Both the position numbers and the translations under genes were made by a program. 64,000 nucleotides of DNA, from positions 78,182,001 to 78,246,000 of the forward strand of contig OX597828.1 in the NCBI GenBank assembly GCA_951406725.2. Direction: 5' to 3'. This document shows, piece by piece, positions 29,701-43,719 of the stretch; within the stretch, counting starts at the first letter, position 1; each line of letters opens with the position of its first letter. This DNA is from Octopus vulgaris. Lineage: Eukaryota. Under the pieces are notes generated by a model. That model saw nothing but the letters and a program-made list of their open reading frames with translations, had not been told where the DNA came from and did no database searches.

Positions 29701-30094
29701 TCAAATGGGCTGTGGTTATTCGGTTGTTATTTCTTCCAAGATGAGTCATCCGATAAAAGCTATCAATTTCTGAATACTGTTTAATGTAGATGTGTGTGTC
29801 ATTTACTTGGTGTCAGTTATATTTCGGCCAAGACTGATTAAAATATCTTCCCATCATAATAATGATATAATAATGAACTTATTGTGTACAGTGCTTAGGT
29901 GCACTTGTCAGAGAAAGTAGCCAAAAATGCACGAACAGGACATAGAATAATGCATAGGAAGTGAACAATCCCATCTTGTATTCAACTTTCACAAGTTTAT
30001 TTACAGAATATTGAAAGCTTTTAAAGTTTTCATAAGATTTTTCAGATTTATTATAAGAAAGCTGTTATCACAGTGTATAGAAAAGAAACAATAA

Positions 30095-30180
30095 ATAATA
30101 ATAATAATAATTATAATAATAATAAAATAATAATAATAATAATAATAAAATAATGATAATAATAATAATAATAAATAATG

Positions 30181-30223
<43 letters not shown>

Positions 30224-30303
30224 TAATAATAATAATAAAATAATGATAATAATAATAATGATAATATAATGATAATAATAATATAATAATAATGATAATA
30301 ATA
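30095..30303. repeat. (AAT)n microsatellite
   Basis: Seen directly. Confidence 0.9.
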
Positions 30304-30625
30304 AAGTTGACTTTAGCAGGATTTGAACTCAGAACCTGGATTAATGAAACTAGATACTGCAAGGCGTTTTGCCCAGCACTCTACCAATACCGCCAACCCC
30401 ACCACCACCACCACCTGCCGGTAGCAGAATTGTAAGGCCACATATTTTAGATTTGGGGTAACAATCAATTTGATACACTCCAACACTCAACTTATGCTTT
30501 AGTTTATTTGATTTGGACCCCACAAAAGGATGGCAGACAGAAGCAACATCACTGTGATTCGAACCTATGAATAATTGGTTTTAAGGCCACCATTCAAGAT
30601 GTGAGGATTCAGAGTGGTGGTGGTA

Positions 30626-30667
<42 letters not shown>

Positions 30668-30789
30668 ATGGTTTCTCTTAACCCATGTTTTTGTACATGT
30701 TTCAAAAAGTCTCTCGGCAGTGAATCTTTTTCATCCTGCACATGCACAACTTGGCTATCACAGCATGGGCAGCCGCGTGTCAGCTATTG

Positions 30790-31303
30790 TTCCTCAGTCA
30801 TTGGGTCTCCTTCAGTGTGTCAACATGCTAACCATTAAAGAACGTACCCTTTTTAAGTTGAATGGGTGTTTCGAGCTGGGAGCAAATACACAGATACTGT
30901 GAGACAGAAGTTCAGTGAAACTTTTCTAAATACTGTTGTTCCACATTGTGACACTGTGTGGGATTTCATAAGAAAATTTAGAAACACAGGCTCAATGGAA
31001 GACGCAGCAAGAAGCGGTAGGCCTACAGTTCTTGCAGACGAAACACTCTCCAATATTTCTGGTAAACTGTTGGTAATCCCGTCAAAGTCCTTATGCAAAT
31101 TGTCACAAGAAATGGAAATCAGTCTAGGCAGTGCTCACATGGCAGTAAAAAAGAAATTAAATTTTATGTATTGAAAATGAAGGACGACACTTTTAACAGC
31201 TCGTACAAAGTTTTTTAAAGTTTTGTAAAGTCTAAAATATTCTTGTAAATATTTATTTTGCAATAAAATACTTACTGTGGAGAGATGTTTTGAACACTCT
31301 GTA
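30790..31303 (+). mobile_element. Internally deleted mariner-like transposon (N-terminal HTH region)
   Basis: ORF 30866-31174 IRKFRNTGSMEDAARSGRPTVL...PSKSLCKLSQEMEISLGSAHMAVKKKL; ends AACACTCTG|TA. Confidence 0.75.
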
Positions 31304-32799
31304 CAAGAATGAGGTTCTGAACTTAAAACTGCAAACCATTTGAACACACACACACAGGACTTCCACACAGTTTCTGTCTACCAAATCTACTCACAAAGCA
31401 TTAGTCAGCCCTGGGCTATAGTAGCAGACATTGGTGGTCAAGGTGCTGTGCAGTAGGACTGACCTTGACACAGCACAGTACCTTGGGCAAGTGTCTTCTA
31501 CTGCAGCTCTGGTCTAACGGATGCCTTGTGCATATATTCCAACCATACGCTTCAGTTAAGTTGAAATCAAAGCCTTCTCATAAACAGATTACTTGTTTGG
31601 GGCCAACAGATGTCTTTGCCATAATCACATTGGAGGTAGAGGCAGGCAGTGAATGCTATGTCTAACTCGTGGATGAGTAAAGCAATGTTATCAGATGAAA
31701 GAACGATCCAATAAATAAACAGGTATACATGCGTGCGCGCGCGTGTGTGTATATATGTGTGAGTATATTATATGTATGTATGTATATGTTTGTATGTATG
31801 TATGTATGTATGTTGTGTAGCTGAAGGAAGGCTAGATAAGATTTTTATATTGTTTAATACTTAGTATCCTGTTAAGTAGCATGCTTGCATAATACACACG
31901 TTATCTCTCTTTCTTTGTCTCACACTCATGATGTGTACTCTAACATATGTATATATATGCACATCTGCAGAGTATGACACGTGTGTGTGAGAGAGAGAAA
32001 TAGTATATGTGGGTAAGTTTGTGAGGCGGAAGAGGCAAGTGGCAGATGGGGATTGGGAGGTGCAGTTGTAGGACATCCAGTTGTAGGAACGATGCCGAAA
32101 CAGACAGTAGGGTTTGGTGCAATTTCTCACTTGCTCTTCCTTTCAAACCATCCCACCCATGATGGATCTAAGGTGTAGGTACAAGAAGTGGTCAGACTCT
32201 GCATAAGGAGTAGACAACCACCATGTGTGTGTGTGTGGGTATCATGCTAGACAGCTACACACATACTCCACACTTACATACACCACACATACTAAAACTC
32301 TGTACCTGTACACACATAATGATGTGTATATGTGTGTGTGTATGTATATCATAGTAGTATATAGTATGTAGTACATCATAGGAGTATAATATACCATAGT
32401 ATATAGCATGGGAGTATAAATAGTAGTATATCATAACCATACGCTTGCACGCACACACACACATGCACTGTGTACCTGTATAGATATGTAAGAGTGTGAA
32501 TACAGCTTGGCTGAATGGTTAAAAGGTTGTTTCCCAAACAAGGTTCCAGGTTCAATCACAAAGAGTGGTTCCTTCAGCAAGTGTCTTGTGCTATCCCAAG
32601 CCTTGTGACTGCAACTGGGTAGAGGGAAACTGCATGGAATCCTAGCGGATGGATTGCATCTATAATTCAAACAGCCAGCCTTGTCTCACACACACACACA
32701 CACACACTGTATCACACTGATTCTACCTGAAAATTACATTGAAGGTATACCCATCCACTAATAGGCTAATTAAACAAGCAGGTGATTCAGTTGATTGCT

Positions 32800-33091
32800 G
32801 GCAAGGGCGAATGGAGTGCGGCGGTACGGGCATGTGTTGAGGAGGGATGAGGAGCCTGTTCTGAGGAGGGTGCTTGAGTTTGAGGTAAATGGACAGCGGA
32901 GGTGAGGTAGACTGAGGAAAATGCGAAGGGGACAGGTGGAGGAGGAGATTGGGAGGGTTGGGTTGAGAGGGGGGATGCTCAAAACTGGGCAAGATGGTGT
33001 GAAGGTAGTTGCTATGGCATTCAGGTAGAGCCAGCCACCCCTTGTTAATGGGGACAAAACCCAGATTTAAAACACTGGATGATGATGATGA
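32800..33091 (+). mobile_element. 3' end of a second RTE family, degraded
   Basis: ARANGVRRYGHVLRRDEEPVLRRVLEFEVNGQRR-GR; ends in (GAT)n. Confidence 0.75.
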
Positions 33092-33293
33092 ATAAGTGAA
33101 GCCTCTTCCTCCAAACCAATTCATTTACATATATGCATATGAGAGGGTGAGTGAGGGTGTCAGTGAGTGAAGAGAGCGTGTGTGTGTGTGTGTGTGTGTG
33201 AATTCATGTGTGTGCTTGCATGCATCATGGTTACACATTATTAGTAGGTGAGTATATTATAAATGAAAGCCATACACATACATACATTAACAA

Positions 33294-33327
<34 letters not shown>

Positions 33328-34789
33328 ACATATTAGAGGGAAACCACTATGTGGACACCCTTATGCTAGAAATAGATCCGCTATGTAATACAATTTTACT
33401 GAACCTTCAGTTTTTTATATACTAGACCACTGGTGTGAAATAGATGTTAATTAAATTAACATCTAATTTCTCACCCTCATTTTAAATTAATATATATGCA
33501 TGTGTGCACAAATGTATGCATCATGTATTCATGAAAATATATATACCACACACACACACCATATATATATATACACACACACATACATATGCATGTACGT
33601 GTATATATACATACATACATGTGTGTGTATACACACTCACATATATACATACACCCCCACCATATATATCATCATTATATATATATATATACTTGCATCC
33701 ATAAAGAGACACACATGCTTCACTCTATTACCCTAATGAAAGTAGAGACAGTAAAATCTGTTGCTCTCTGCCGTTCTCAAAAAATAGCGTTCGTAAAAAA
33801 TTTTTATCTTGTTTGGCTTAACAGCCCTTCTTGTTTGTGTTACTGTTATTCTCCTTGTCCTGTCTTTTACTGTTTATATTTTGTACTGTCGTTACTGTCC
33901 TGTTTTTGTTACCATTTTTACCCCTCCGCAAAAAAAATCTCAAATTTTATTTAATTTGATTTTCGCGGGAAGGAAAGTTTTATTGAAGTCATGTATCGCC
34001 TTGACCTTCGAAACATGGAGTAGATGAAACTAAGGCGACTGAAGAAGGGGAATTTTCCTTGTTTTGTATGTCCTGTACTCTATTTTTTCGTTGTTTAAAA
34101 GAAATGTCCATTTCCTTGTTTTTGTGTTCATGTTTTCATTTCTCATTGTGTTCGACGTTTTGTTTGGTGTCCTGTACCCATATATGCATGTATATATACA
34201 TGTAGAGGTAGGTACGTACATATATGTATGTATATATGCATATGTTTTATTTATTAATTTATTATATATATATATATATATATTTTTTTTTTTTTCCAGA
34301 TGCATGGTGGTTCAGTCCCACTGCATGGCACCTTGAGCAGGTGTTTTCTGCTATTACCTCGGGCAGTCTGAAAACTTGTGATTGAATTTCCTGTTGTGTG
34401 TGTACATGTGTGTGTTAGTGCTTGTGCCTTGTAACAGAGAGGAGAGAAAAATATAATATATATATATATTTCATTATCATCATCTTCATTTAGTATCCAT
34501 TTGCCCATGCTGGCATGGGTTGGACGGTTTGACCAGGGCTGGTAAGGTGAGGGGCTGCACCAAGCTCTAGTCTGATTTGGCATTGTTTCTATGGCTGGAT
34601 GCCCTTCCTAATGCCAACCATTCAGAGAGCAGTGTTTCTCTTAGTGTATGTAATTTTTCTGATATATACATATGTAGATGATATAATAATGTATTGATAA
34701 GCTTCAAATATGTGTTTGTGTGTGCATCTACATAAATGATATCTGTAAGACTGTTCAATGACTAACTCCATAATCTTTTTACCTGACAG

Positions 34790-34912
34790 AAAAGTGAGCG
34801 GCGTCAACAACATGCTGTGAAAGAAACAGAATTCCTCCGTTTGAAACGATCTCGCCTCGGTGTTGATGACTTTGAATCCTTGAAGGTGATTGGACGAGGA
34901 GCATTTGGTGAG
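34790..34912 (+). CDS. STK38: NDR/STK38 (tricornered) kinase exon: end of N-terminal regulatory (MOB-binding) domain and Gly-rich loop
   Basis: cag|AAA...GAG|gtaggt, 123 nt, phase 0/0; [41 protein letters not shown] matches the NDR family signature. Confidence 0.96.
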
Positions 34913-35708
34913 GTAGGTATTTGGGGAGATGGAAGCATTTGGGGAGGTAGGTACCCAGCTGCTGATGTTCTTATGTCTGATAAACATTGGTTTATGTTTG
35001 TTTGATGAGATGGGAATCAGCTGATAGCCGATAGCCATTCGTTACTGTAGACATCATTTGCTGATAGCGATTTGATAACGTTTGTTATCTCAGATTAATT
35101 AGTTGAAGTAAAATTTCAGAGTCTACTTTAAAACACAATGAAACTCTTTGAACCATTATGAACCTTCGATTCTTTTGGAATTGTCATTGATGGCAGCTTT
35201 GAATCTTGACTGTGATTTCTTATCTTTATTTAACAGTTCCACATTTAAACCTGCTGTGTTGAGCCCAAATATTCTGTCTGTTTTGTGTTCAAAGTGGCCA
35301 AATCTCTCTCACACCTTCCATCTGATGCTATTGTGAGAAAAAAAAAATCAATCACGTTATTGAATTCTATTGATTAATTCTGCATGATTAATTCAAAACA
35401 ATGCAAATAAATAAGTACTACATTTGACAGTAATTTGAATGGCAAAGAGTTAAGCATTGGCTTTGGTTATTGAACCATGTTAGCTGTTCATGGAAGGAGC
35501 CATACCAAAGTGAATCTAATTTATACTTCGAATCATGGCTATCTCATCTTAATTGTAAAATATGTTGATGTACTTGGGTATAGGAAGCTATCATAGAAAT
35601 CAAATAGTATTTTGCTACCTTCTACATTTCTCGTTTCTGTTCCACACCAATTATCAACCACCCACCCACCCTCTCTTGGAGCAGTCATATATCTATTCAA
35701 CAGTGAGT

Positions 35709-36255
35709 GAAGGCACCTGACTAAGTGGTTAGGGTGTTCAGCTCATGGTTGCATGGTTGTGAGTTTGATTCCTAGTGGCACCCTGTGTCTTTGAGCAAAG
35801 CACTTTATGTCATGTTGATCCAGTCTCCCCTCAGCTGGCAAAAATGAGTTGTACCTGTAATTCACAAGGGGCTAGCCTTGTTACATTTTGAGTCTCCCTT
35901 CAGAACTGTGTTTAACCCTTTCTTTGCTGTATTTCTGTTGAGATGCTCCGAGTGTTTCTTTCAATTAATTTTAAATATAACAAAGAACTTAGTAAAAAAA
36001 TAACTTTGTTATCATTCAGCTAGTGTCAGGAACATAAATTGTGACTGAGGTTTGGTGGAAGATTTTAATTCAAAACTTATGAAAGCAAGACATTTGTACT
36101 CAGAGCCAGAACCAGTTTCAGCCGGATTGGTAACGAAAGGGTTAAACGTTATGCATGTCTGTGGAGTACTCAGCCACTTACATGTTGATTTCATAAGCAG
36201 GCCGTTCCGTTGATCGGATCAACTGGAACATTTGTCATAACTGATGGAGGGCCAA
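35709..36255 (+). mobile_element. SINE family C interrupted by a TTAA MITE
   Basis: Head at 35709; body resumes after 36145 (CATGTCTGTGGAGTACTCAGCC..., as at 48253). Confidence 0.7.
35916..36141. mobile_element. TTAA (piggyBac-type) MITE family 1
   Basis: TTAA|CCCTTTC...GAAAGGG|TTAA, intact target duplication. Confidence 0.85.
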
Positions 36256-36826
36256 TTTCCTAGTGACAAACCTGTTCTGGCCTCTTCATACTCTGACCTT
36301 TCAACACTTGGCATAAAGCTGTCTCCTTGACTGCAGCCCTACCCAGCTGATAGGATCTTCATCTTGCAAGTTACACGGTAGCCTGAGTAATGCTGTTGCT
36401 ATGGGAAATGGCAATCAGTACCAAACTGTCAAGTGGTTGGTGCTGCCTCCTCCTCTTCTGTAGGGCCACTTCGCTGATGAGGATCTTAGTCTTGCAGCCT
36501 CTACCCATCCACCATCCTCTGTTCTGTCCCCACTCACTTATCCTTGTGTCCCTTGTGAAGGCACATGACTCAGTGGTTAGAATGTTGGGCTCACAATCAT
36601 GAAGTAGAACCATGCCAAAATGGACACAGTAGTCTGGTGCGGTCTTCTACCACTGGCTGGCTGGAAAATGTTTATTTTTCCTCTGTTTTCCTCTCCTGTA
36701 GGATTAGAATTGGAAAACCGGAGAGATACAACTAAATGTATGGAGGTGAACTTCATACAATATTCATGTAATGAGATATAGCTTCAGTTGATATCCAGTG
36801 GTTTCAGAAAACCCCTTATCACCACC

Positions 36827-36859
<33 letters not shown>

Positions 36860-37012
36860 CTGGTATAAAGAGAAATGATACTATTATCATAATGTTTTGC
36901 TTCCTATTAATGTTACCCCCCCCTCATTCTTTAGGCTTTTCTTATTTTTAGACTTGTGTGTGTACATATGTTTACATGTGCATATATCTCTGTAGATATG
37001 CATGCATATGTA

Positions 37013-37070
<58 letters not shown>

Positions 37071-37375
37071 CTCTCTTTCTGTGTGTGTAGATTTGTATGA
37101 GAGAGGGAGAGCAAGAAGGAGAGAGGTTGGTACAATTAACTTGGCTCTTGCTATTGATTGTTTGGTTATCATACCTTTCAGGGTCGATATTATTGGGAAG
37201 TTATCTGAGGTGATGGTGGAGGAAGAGGAGGAGGTGGTGGTAGTATGAGGAATAGTGGGAGTTGCTGTGTTGGTGCGTGTGTCATGAAAGAAAACACCAT
37301 CTGCAGCCATAACTCTAAAGCGAGTGATGATTACAGCCATTGGCATGGCCCATAACTTTCACTAATTCTTTTTTT

Positions 37376-37456
37376 AGAATGTCATTGTCGGGTAGGTGTG
37401 AGAGACCAGATCTGGCTAGTTGTCTGGCTCTCACACCTACCCGACAATGTCATTCT
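37376..37456. repeat. 29-bp inverted repeat from a MITE family 2 segment
   Basis: Arms 37376-37404 and 37428-37456 with one mismatch. Confidence 0.85.
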
Positions 37457-39023
37457 TTTTGGTCTCTGTCATCTTCGTTTCATCATTTTGCATTCTGCTA
37501 ACTATGCTGGTATGGGCTGGACAGTTTGACAGAAACTGGTAAGCTGCAGGGCTACACCAGGTGCCAATCTGATTTGGCATGGTTTTCTACGGCTGGATTC
37601 CCTTCCTAATGCCAACCACTCCAAGAGTGTAATTGGTGCTTTTTACATGCCACCAGCATGAGTACCAGTCATGTGACACTGGCATCAGCCATGACTATGA
37701 TTTCATTTGGGTTGATGGCTCTTCTCAAGTATGGTATATTGCCAAAGGTCTTGGTCACCAATCATTGCCTTTGTGAGGCCCAGTGTTTGAAGGGTGCTTT
37801 TTACATGCCACCAGCATGTGTGTCAGTTGCGAAAACTCACAAGCCTCTCCTTGGCCCATTTATCCTCAACCCGGCAGAACATCGAGGACTGTCATGAGTG
37901 ACCAGGTAGCCTGTGGATCTTTCTCAGTGGCATCCCTAACAAAAAATTAACTTGAAATTTTTTTAGTTGTTTGGTTTGTCACTTGATGAGCTGTGTTTTA
38001 TGTGACCCTCTCCTTAGAAAAGATTGCCCTTGCCTGATTGAAAATGCAACAGCTGAAGAGAAAGAGGTCAGCACCAGCACTGGTCCTTGTATTCATTGTC
38101 TGCCAAGTAGACTGGAACATTGTGAAACAAGTTGCTGTGCATGATGTGTCATCCAGTGCAGGAATTGAACCCTTGACCTTATGATCTCAAGTTCAACATC
38201 CTCACCACTAACCCATTAACATCTAAATTGGCCATACCCAGCCAAATAAAGCTTCTTGTTATGTGTTCATACTGGCCAGATCTGGTCTCTCACACCTACC
38301 CTACAATGTCATTCTAAAAATAAACAGTTGCACCATTGCTATCTTGAAGTTACAAGATAATGCATGATTAATTCAAAATTAGGTTTCTGACAGAGTAATT
38401 CTGAACGCTAAGGGGCCAGGCCCCCACCCTACCCCCGCATACTTTCAATCCACAAAGAAAAAAAACACTAAGTTATAAAAAAACGAACCCCAACAACAAC
38501 AAAAGATGAAAGAAGCAAGGTGACATTGGGGTTTCATAGTTTCCTTGTGACTGGAGTGGGTAAAAGGAGGAGGAGGAGGAGGAGGAGAAAGTGAAGTGAA
38601 GTAAGATATCCTAGAATGGGAGGAAAAGAAGGATGAGGAGAGAGAGAGAAAGAGAGAGACTGCTGTTGCAGCTGTTATTTTTGTATCTGAATCAATATAG
38701 ATTTCAAGATACTTACCTGTTTTTTTTTGTTATTTGTTTTTTGGTTTTACTATTTAGTTTTATCCTCATTTCCTCCTCCTTCCTCTTCTTCTTTGTGTGT
38801 CACTGTATATATATGTCACCTTAAATATATGTGTCACCTTATGTGTGTGTGTGTGTGCATGTGTCACTATTATATGTTTGTATGTGCGTGTGTTTGTTAC
38901 CTTATATGTGTATATATCACGTTATTGTCTATGTGTGTGAGTCAGTGTCTCACCTTACTCTGTGTGTGTGATGCTGTCTTTGAGTTGCTGTTTCTTAGGA
39001 AAGCCTGTTTGTTCTTCTTCTAG

Positions 39024-39113
<90 letters not shown>

Positions 39114-39465
39114 TGAATCATTCATTCATCCATTCATTCATTCATTCGTTCAGTGACCAGGGCCTCTATGTCACTCCAGATGGAGGAACCAATGTTGCAA
39201 TCTTTTCAATACTGTTTGGTGCTGGGCCTTTGTTTTGAGGACTTATTCACCATATGATGCTTGTAATTTGGTAAGGGTGCATTTCTAGGGACACGGTTGG
39301 AATTTCACTTAGAAATCAGGGAGCTGGAACGAGTACTGTTTGGCAGCAGTCTCCAGCATTTTAGACTACAAACTGGTTTCATGCCAGACAATTTTTCCAC
39401 AGACCACGCATAACAAAATGTAGAAAAGTGCATAATACGTAATTTAATCGTTATATATATATAAT

Positions 39466-39712
39466 ATGGTTCTGGATTCAGTCCCACTGCATGGTACCTT
39501 GGGCAAGTGTCTTCTACTACAGCCTCGGGCCAACCAAAGCCTTGTAAATGGATTTGGTAGAAGGAAACAGAAAAGAAGCCCCATTGTGTGTGTGTATATA
39601 AATATATATATTTGTGTGAGTGTCTTTTTGTTTGTCTCCCATCACTGTTTGGCAACCGGTGTTGGCATGTTGACATTCCTGTAACTTAGCAGTTTGGCAA
39701 AAAAGAAGCCTG

Positions 39713-39762
<50 letters not shown>

Positions 39763-40178
39763 CATGCATGTATGTATATATATATATATATATATGTTGG
39801 CTGGATATGGCCAGTTTAAATGCTAATGGCTTAATCTGTGGCCATGCTGGGGCACTGCCTTGAAGAAATTTTAGTCGAATGAATTGACCCCAGCACGTTT
39901 TTTTTTTCTAAAGTTTGGTACGTATTCTATTGGGCTCTTTTACTGAACCACTAAGTTATGGTGATATAAACATACCAACACCTGTTGTCAATTGATGGTG
40001 GGTACACACACACACACACACACAACGGGATTCTCTTAGTCTCTATCTATCAAATCCACTCACAGGGCTTTGGTTAGCCTTAGACTATAGTAGACAGCAT
40101 TTGCTCAAGTCGCTACACAATGGGACTGAACCCGGAACCATGTGGTTGGGAAGCAAACTTCTTACCACACAGCCATGC
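39466..40178. mobile_element. Two SINE family A copies tail to tail (+ 39466-39715, - 39835-40178)
   Basis: Family A core on each strand; minus copy carries the CR1-type tail. Confidence 0.7.
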
Positions 40179-41042
40179 TTAGTAAAAAAAAAATCCACTT
40201 CCTCTATGGTACCTTACAGTGGGACCGAACCTGAAATCATTTGGTTACAAACTTTAACTACATGAAGGAAAAAAAAAGAAAAGGATGCATAAAAGAAAGC
40301 TCTATATTCTCTCTCTGTGTATTGTTGTTGCCTACAGTGCAACTGAACTTTTCACCCATGGTAAATAGTACAACACCATCACCACCACTGCCAACAACAA
40401 AGTGAAGGAAGATTTTCATAGATGTGAAAGCAAATGACATTATATTATGTTTATATAAACAGTGTAGAAAGTGTGAAAGAGAGAGCAGAGACTCAACTGA
40501 TGATATAACAGTTTTATGCTAATGAGGAAGCATATACTCTGCATTATGTCATGAAAGTATAACCAAACCCATTAGATATCAATCCATCTCACACTGCCCT
40601 TTGTTCTAGGATAAAAGCACCCTATTTTAAAGTGATTTAACCTAAGACTTTCCTGTAGAATTGTATGTTAACTTATGTTCTGAACAAACACCAGCTTAAT
40701 AATTAGAGATTATTTTGGTAAATTCTTTATTGTTTTCAAAATTAATTGTAAATAATATTAAAAAAAAATAATGCCTGGTGAGAGTTTTGATTTGCTACGC
40801 ATGAGATTCTACTCCATCCCACATGATTCAGGCAGTGCAAACATCCCAATGGTAATGAAAGGGTTAATGTGCTAGAAATAGCAACCAGATCTCTCTTAAA
40901 TCACAGTTGGAGTTAAGCTGAACCTGCAATGATGTTCCAGTGAGCTAGTATAATATTGGACACACCATCAACACCACCGTACATATATCTGTTCATTTGT
41001 GTGTGTGTGTGTATTCACACGCACTATGTGTATGTATATATA

Positions 41043-42076
41043 TCTTTATATATATAAAACTGAGAATGTGTGTCTGTCTGTCTGTGTGTTTCCCTAAAAC
41101 TTGAGAACTACACAACCAATTTCATTCAAATTTTACACATGCCTTACTTAAGGTCCGGAGAGTGTCATCGGCAAAAAAATGTTCAACTTCTTGCCTAGAG
41201 CGAGCCCATAGCAATATCATATCTTCTGCACTATTTCAGTATTACGTGTTAAAAGTGAAACAAAAACATTTCTCTATTTTATGTCAGATACTTTCACTTT
41301 AACAATAAAAATAATAATAACAATTGAATTATATGTAGTAAGTAATAATTAAAATCAAACTAAAGTATAATATAATCGTAACATAACAAAAGTAAAAATA
41401 GCAATTGGTATAAAATTGCATCAATGACTTGAACTTGAATAAGTGGTTTCACATGAATGGGAATAAATTAAAAATAAAATTAGTGTGCAGAAATGGAATA
41501 GTCCAGATGGATAATAAAAAATTAAATTAAAGAAAAGACTATTGTCTATAAAGTATACAATGTAGAGAAAAAAGAAGATTTGAACACATGGAGGAAAGCA
41601 CCTTCGAAAAGTGTCTTGGTGCGACTATGAAAGATATCTAATCAGAGGCAGTAAATTCGCCACAATAGAAGCAAGGTTCGAGTCAACGGAGCATGCCAGG
41701 GAGTACTCGACTCGAACTTGCAAGGAGGAAATATTTTATTTTTACCTTTATATCTGGGTCGTAGGATGTCCCGGAAAAAAATTTAAAATTCCCCCCTCCC
41801 CCGAAGTAGAGGTAGGCTGGATTGTAGCCACACTTCTATACAAGAGGGAGGACAAGATACAATTGATCGAAATTACAAGAGATGGGCTAACAATTCCAGT
41901 CTGTTATATATTTTGAGTATTGTTATCACTAGTGATATCAAGATATAACTTTGTATTTTGTATTTTATGTGTAGATGTATTTATATAGATGTACATGTAA
42001 TATGTACATATATATATACACACATATATACATGCACTAGCACTATGACCCGGCAACGACAGGTCTTTAATGCTAG
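41043..42076 (+). mobile_element. Non-autonomous Helitron-like element
   Basis: A|TCTTTATATATATAAAA...(CTGT)n...AACCAATTTCATTCAAATTT 5' end; subterminal hairpin GACC-CGGCAACGACA-GGTC and CTAG|T 3' end. Confidence 0.65.
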
Positions 42077-42082
42077 TGTGTT

Positions 42083-42898
42083 GGATAAGGATAGCTGTGA
42101 AAAATGCCATACCCTAGCGGTTGAGGGAACCTGTGGAAGAGGTAGACCCAGGAAGACCTGGGATGAAGTGGTGAAGCATGACCTTCGAACATTAGGCCTC
42201 ACCAAGGAAATGACTAGCAACCGAGACTTTTGGAAATATGCTGTGCTCAAGAAGACACGGCAAGCCAAATGAGACCATAACCCGTGGCCTATGCCAGGAG
42301 CATAACCAGCCTGCTTATGCGTACCTTTTCCTTCTTTAGTCACTAAACCTTGCTTGCGAAGACCTGTTGAGGCAAGTGAAAGCAAAATCAAAATCATTTC
42401 AATGACTGGCATCCGTGCTAGCAGGGTGCAAAGAGCACCATACGAGTGTGATCATTGATAGAGCGGCTATTCGAGTAAGAACGTTACCAGCGTCGTCTTA
42501 CTGACACTTTTGCCTGTGCTAGTAGGGTGCCAAGAGCACCATCCGAGCGTGATCGTTGCCAGTGCAGCCAACTGGCTTCCGTACCCGTGGCATGTAAAAG
42601 GACACCATTCAAGCGTGATCATTACCAACGTCACTTCACTGGCACCTGTGCCGGTGGCACGTGTAAAAAGATTTGAGCGAGGTTATTGCCTATACTGCCT
42701 GACTGGCCCCCATGCAGGTGGCACGTAAAAAGCACACACTACACACTTGGAGTGGTTAGCATTAGGAAGGGCATCCAGCTGTAGAAACTCTGCCAGATCA
42801 AGACTGGAGCCTGGTGCAGCCATCTGGTTGCCAACCCTCAGTCAAAATCGTCCAACCCATGCTAGCTTGGAAAACGGACGTTAAATGATGATGATGAT
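42083..42898 (+). mobile_element. RTE-clade LINE 3' end, copy 3
   Basis: KCHTLAVEGTCGRGRPRKTWDEVVKHDLRTLGL; 3' UTR modules; (GAT)n tail. Confidence 0.9.
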
Positions 42899-42927
42899 AT
42901 ATATGTGTGTGTGTATGTATGTATATG

Positions 42928-42958
<31 letters not shown>

Positions 42959-43460
42959 TTATATATATTTAAGCATGTGTATTCATATTATAAATTGTAT
43001 ACACACACACACAGGTAGGCTCACAAGCACAAAACAATGTGGAAAAAATAGTACTTAAATACCAAGGGTAGAGTAATATGCTTTATATTTTGCAGTTTTT
43101 ATAATCAGTTATATATATGTATATTTATATGTATGTAAATGTGTATACATGAATGAATTAACAATAGATTATAAATGCTTTGAATAATTAAGAAAGAAGT
43201 AACACAACATAGAAGGGACAAGATTTAATACTCTTTTGACTTAAAAGGAAAAGAAACAGCCTTAACGCTTTGAAAATTAACCCTTCATCAGAAGAAAGAG
43301 AAAAGTGTAGATGAGTGGCAAAAGGAAAACATGAATAAGAAGAAAGAAAAAAGATAAGCAGACGTTAGGAGGCAGATGTGTGGGACTGAGCAGGGGTAAA
43401 AAATGCAGAATGGTGGATGTGTATATGCAAATATAAGAGTGGTTCTCTCTTTCTTTTTCT

Positions 43461-43530
<70 letters not shown>

Positions 43531-43719
43531 GTTTTGAATTCAAACTTTTTTTCTGACTTCTCTTCTCTTCCTGAACTTGCACCTTTTCTCTCATTCCTTT
43601 TGCCTTCTTTTTTAATGGCTAGAAATAAGAATTAAAGTTCATTCCAATCACATCCTCTCCTCTTACAAAACAGTGATTATGATGATATATGTAACTATAA
43701 ATAACAACATGGGCTTGTT

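Noticed and set aside
33995-34050. CGAAAC...CTGAAGA permuted hammerhead-like motif
   Set aside because: Stem III and the cleavage triplet could not be formed properly
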